NCBI GenBank assembly: GCA_964016885.1
Contig: OZ024742.1
Span: 227,602,001-227,666,000 of the forward strand
Length of the DNA: 64,000 nucleotides
Reading direction: 5' to 3'
DNA from: Eledone cirrhosa
Taxonomy: Eukaryota
Shown: in pieces, positions 61,366 to 64,000 of the stretch
Layout: the number at the start of each line of letters is the position of its first letter
How positions within the stretch are numbered: the stretch's first letter is position 1
Made by a program: the position numbers and the translations under genes
Notes under the pieces: generated by a model
Seen by the model: only the letters and a program-made list of their open reading frames with translations
The model's database searches: none
Told to the model about the DNA's origin: nothing

Positions 61366-61470
61366 GGATGAATTGGCAGAGTTGTTAGAGCATCTGTGAG
61401 AATGTTTGGCAGTATTTTTTTCTGGATATCTCTATATTCTGAGTTCAAATCCTGCCAAAGACAAATTTGC
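61366..61470 (+). mobile_element. Degenerate 5' half of an OK-like SINE
   Basis: GGATGAATTGGCAGAGTTGTTAGAGC...TTCTGAGTTCAAATCCTGCC. Confidence 0.6.
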
Positions 61471-61481
61471 CTGCTATCTTC

Positions 61482-61706
61482 TCATCATCATTATCATCGT
61501 CATCATCAGCATTTAATGTCCATCTTCCATGCTAGCATGGGTAGGAAGAGCTGTTGCTTTGTGAGAAATCAAGTCGGGGAACTGATTTTAGCTTGGCTTC
61601 TATGGCTGGATGCCCTTCCTAATGCCAACCACATTTACAGTGTGTGCTGGGTACTTTTTGTCGTGACACCTACACGACCACTTTATAGTGTGGACTGGGT
61701 GCTTTT
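61482..61706 (-). mobile_element. Retroposon with ~2 of the 48-bp units and an RTE-type tail
   Basis: Reverse complement of the 43565-43778 architecture. Confidence 0.8.
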
Positions 61707-62317
61707 TATCATAACACATACAGGACCACAAAATAAAATAAGTGTCAGTCTAAGGTAGTGGATTAGCAAAATTGCAAGGTTACTGTGTGGTATTTGTTTT
61801 GGCTTTCATCCTTTTGGAGTCAATATATCTGAGCTCAAATTTTCTTCTCTCTGGAAGAAACTGGCCCCGGTCAGACCTGGAAAGAGATGGGCTCCACCAG
61901 GCTCAGAGGTAAAAATCATGTTGCATGCCCCACTGGTGGTGTCTTTGCGACTCCATCCTTAATTGAGGAGACTAGCATAGCTGGAGTGTGTGCCACCTGG
62001 AGAAACCCTTGAGTTTACCTAATGCCACCCCCAGTTGTATCCCTCCAATATTGCAAAGTGTCTCCTTCCCCTCTTGCACTCACCTTAGCTATGTTGCTGG
62101 ATGAAGGCCCAAAGCAAATACATATGTGTGTGTGTGTGTGTGAAAAACAACGAAGCTGAAACTTGTCACTGTTACTTTTCTCTTCAGAAAATAAAATTTC
62201 CACTCTACTTACATGTACTGAGTGCTCATTCAGTTAATGAATAAGTTTTTAAGTACTATGGCATTTTACACACTACCCTAATATACATTATCATCATCAT
62301 TATTTTGTATATACTAG

Positions 62318-62647
62318 GGCGGTGGATTGGCAGTATCGGTAGAGGGTCGGACGCCATGCTTTCCAGCATAGTTACGTCCCTTTACGATCTGAGTTCAAAT
62401 CCCGCTGAGGTTGACTTTGCCTTTCATCCTTACGGGGTCGATAAAATAAAAGTACCAGTAATGCACTGGGTAATTGCTGGCCTTGTGCCTAAAGTAGAAA
62501 CAATTATTTTGTATATACTTTGTATGATCTGAGTTCAAATCCCGCTGAGGTTAACTTTGCCTTTCATCCTTCCGGGGTCGATAGAATAAAGTACCAGTAA
62601 TGCATTGGGTAATTGCTGGCCTTGTGCCAAAAGTAGAAACAATTATT
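62318..62647 (+). mobile_element. Full OK-like SINE (62318-62508) followed by a 5'-truncated second copy (62525-62647)
   Basis: ATTATTTTGTATATACT is repeated at 62299, 62503 and 62642. Confidence 0.9.
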
Positions 62648-62763
62648 TTGTATATACTTTCTATGCTGGCATGGGTTGGACGGGTCAGAGTGACCTCAAC
62701 TTGCTCATTCGTTCCATTATATATAGCAAGGAGAACAGGCATTAAATGATGATGATGATACTG

Positions 62764-62801
62764 TATACACACATACATACATATATATATATATATATAC
62801 A

Positions 62802-62867
<66 letters not shown>

Positions 62868-62875
62868 TATATATC
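62764..62875. repeat. (TA)n/(CA)n microsatellite
   Basis: Directly visible. Confidence 0.9.
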
Positions 62876-63549
62876 ATGTGAGTGTGTGTATGTGTTTATA
62901 CACATATACCAAAGAGGAGGGGACGAACCATGTATGAAGTTTAGAATTTTTAAAATAATCTAAAAGAATTATGTCCCTTTAATAATAAACATTTTATATG
63001 TCATCAACACTTATTTATTTCTATTTACTGTGACTAAAAATAGTATTATCAAATGTTTTATTATTTCACAATATTGTGGGTGTTATCAAGTAGATATCAT
63101 CTTACAACAAGTGAAACCTGCAGCATAAGTTCAATTCTCAGATGAGGGACTTCAATTCACATACTCATGGTATGCATGCATGTGCCCTTGACTTCTGATG
63201 GAGTCTTAGGGGCGCCATCATGACATTCAGGGTCTCTTGAATTTTTAAACAAAGCAGAGCCCATTCCTCTCTAGTCTTGAACATAGCTAATTTCTTCCAG
63301 AGTTAGAAAGATAGAAAGCGAGAGAATTGGTTAGTGAGAGAGATATAGATAAAAGAATTGATTCCAGTGCTGGACTGGTCCTTTATTGATTTCGAAAAAA
63401 TGAAAGCAAAGTTGATCATGGCATGATTTAAGTGAGCCCGAACAAATTCTGTGAAGCATTCTATCTGACATTCTAACTACTCTACTAATTTGCTGACTAT
63501 CCTCATGATACCTGTAATTTAAAAAGAAAAAATATTTTTTTTAATGTTA

Positions 63550-63670
63550 AGGTGCACTCATGACTGTGTGGTTAAAAATTTCGTTAAAAACAATTATGAG
63601 TTTGATTCCACTGCATGGCGCCTTCACCGATTGTTTTCTACCAATGCCCAGTGAGTGAAATTTGGTGTGC
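63550..63670 (+). mobile_element. Highly degenerate tRNA-derived SINE
   Basis: TGACTGTGTGGTTAA A-box-like and GAGTTTGATTCCACTGCATGGCGCCTT B-box-like motifs, followed by TG-rich repeats. Confidence 0.4.
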
Positions 63671-64000
63671 ATATATGTGTGCAAGTGCTTGTACTTTCGC
63701 CGCCAGTGAGTATGTGTGGTGTATGTGTTCAGGTGTGTCTGTGCCTCTGTGTGTGTGTATGTGTGTATGTATATGTGTATGTGCATGTTTCCACATATGT
63801 CTTCACCAGTAATAAAATATGTTTTAGAAAGAAAAAGGCTATGTAGCCGGTAAGGGTGCCAGACATCATGAGTTGCAGCATACACACACATCTACATGTA
63901 AATACATAAACAGATACAGACAACAGAAGTGCTAACCCACACACACACATATACTCATACATATTCATAAATAGACACATTATACAAAATAATTATTAAA

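Noticed and set aside
61850-62115. Possible host exon or hammerhead ribozyme in a GC-richer unique stretch (minus-strand AAG|GTGAGT at ~62085)
   Set aside because: No convincing acceptor, ORF homology or complete CTGATGA...GAAA core. It cannot be supported without RNA-seq.

Overview
Eukaryotic, gene-free, repeat-dense DNA. The 5S rRNA copy and SINE families look molluscan, most likely octopod; this is an inference from memory, not a database result. Positions 1-~32,940 are a 49-bp satellite (~670 monomers) with nested higher-order duplications of 2,006 bp and ~8.4 kb. Its right end runs directly into a retroposon 3' tail that is homologous to the monomer. Positions 33-45 kb and 59-64 kb are a mosaic of tRNA-derived SINEs, dead RTE LINEs, SINEs carrying a 48-bp minisatellite, a non-autonomous Helitron, two CRE-like (RLE) retrotransposon fossils and a 5S rRNA-oligo(A)-SINE chimera inside one target-site duplication. 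Positions 45-59 kb hold at least 13 same-strand, 5'-truncated Tx1/L1-clade retrotransposon copies inserted into a (TATC)n microsatellite. Their TSDs begin TATCTA and their 3' UTRs carry covarying hairpins. This candidate (GATA)n-specific retrotransposon is the most notable system here. No intact host gene or CRISPR array is supported.
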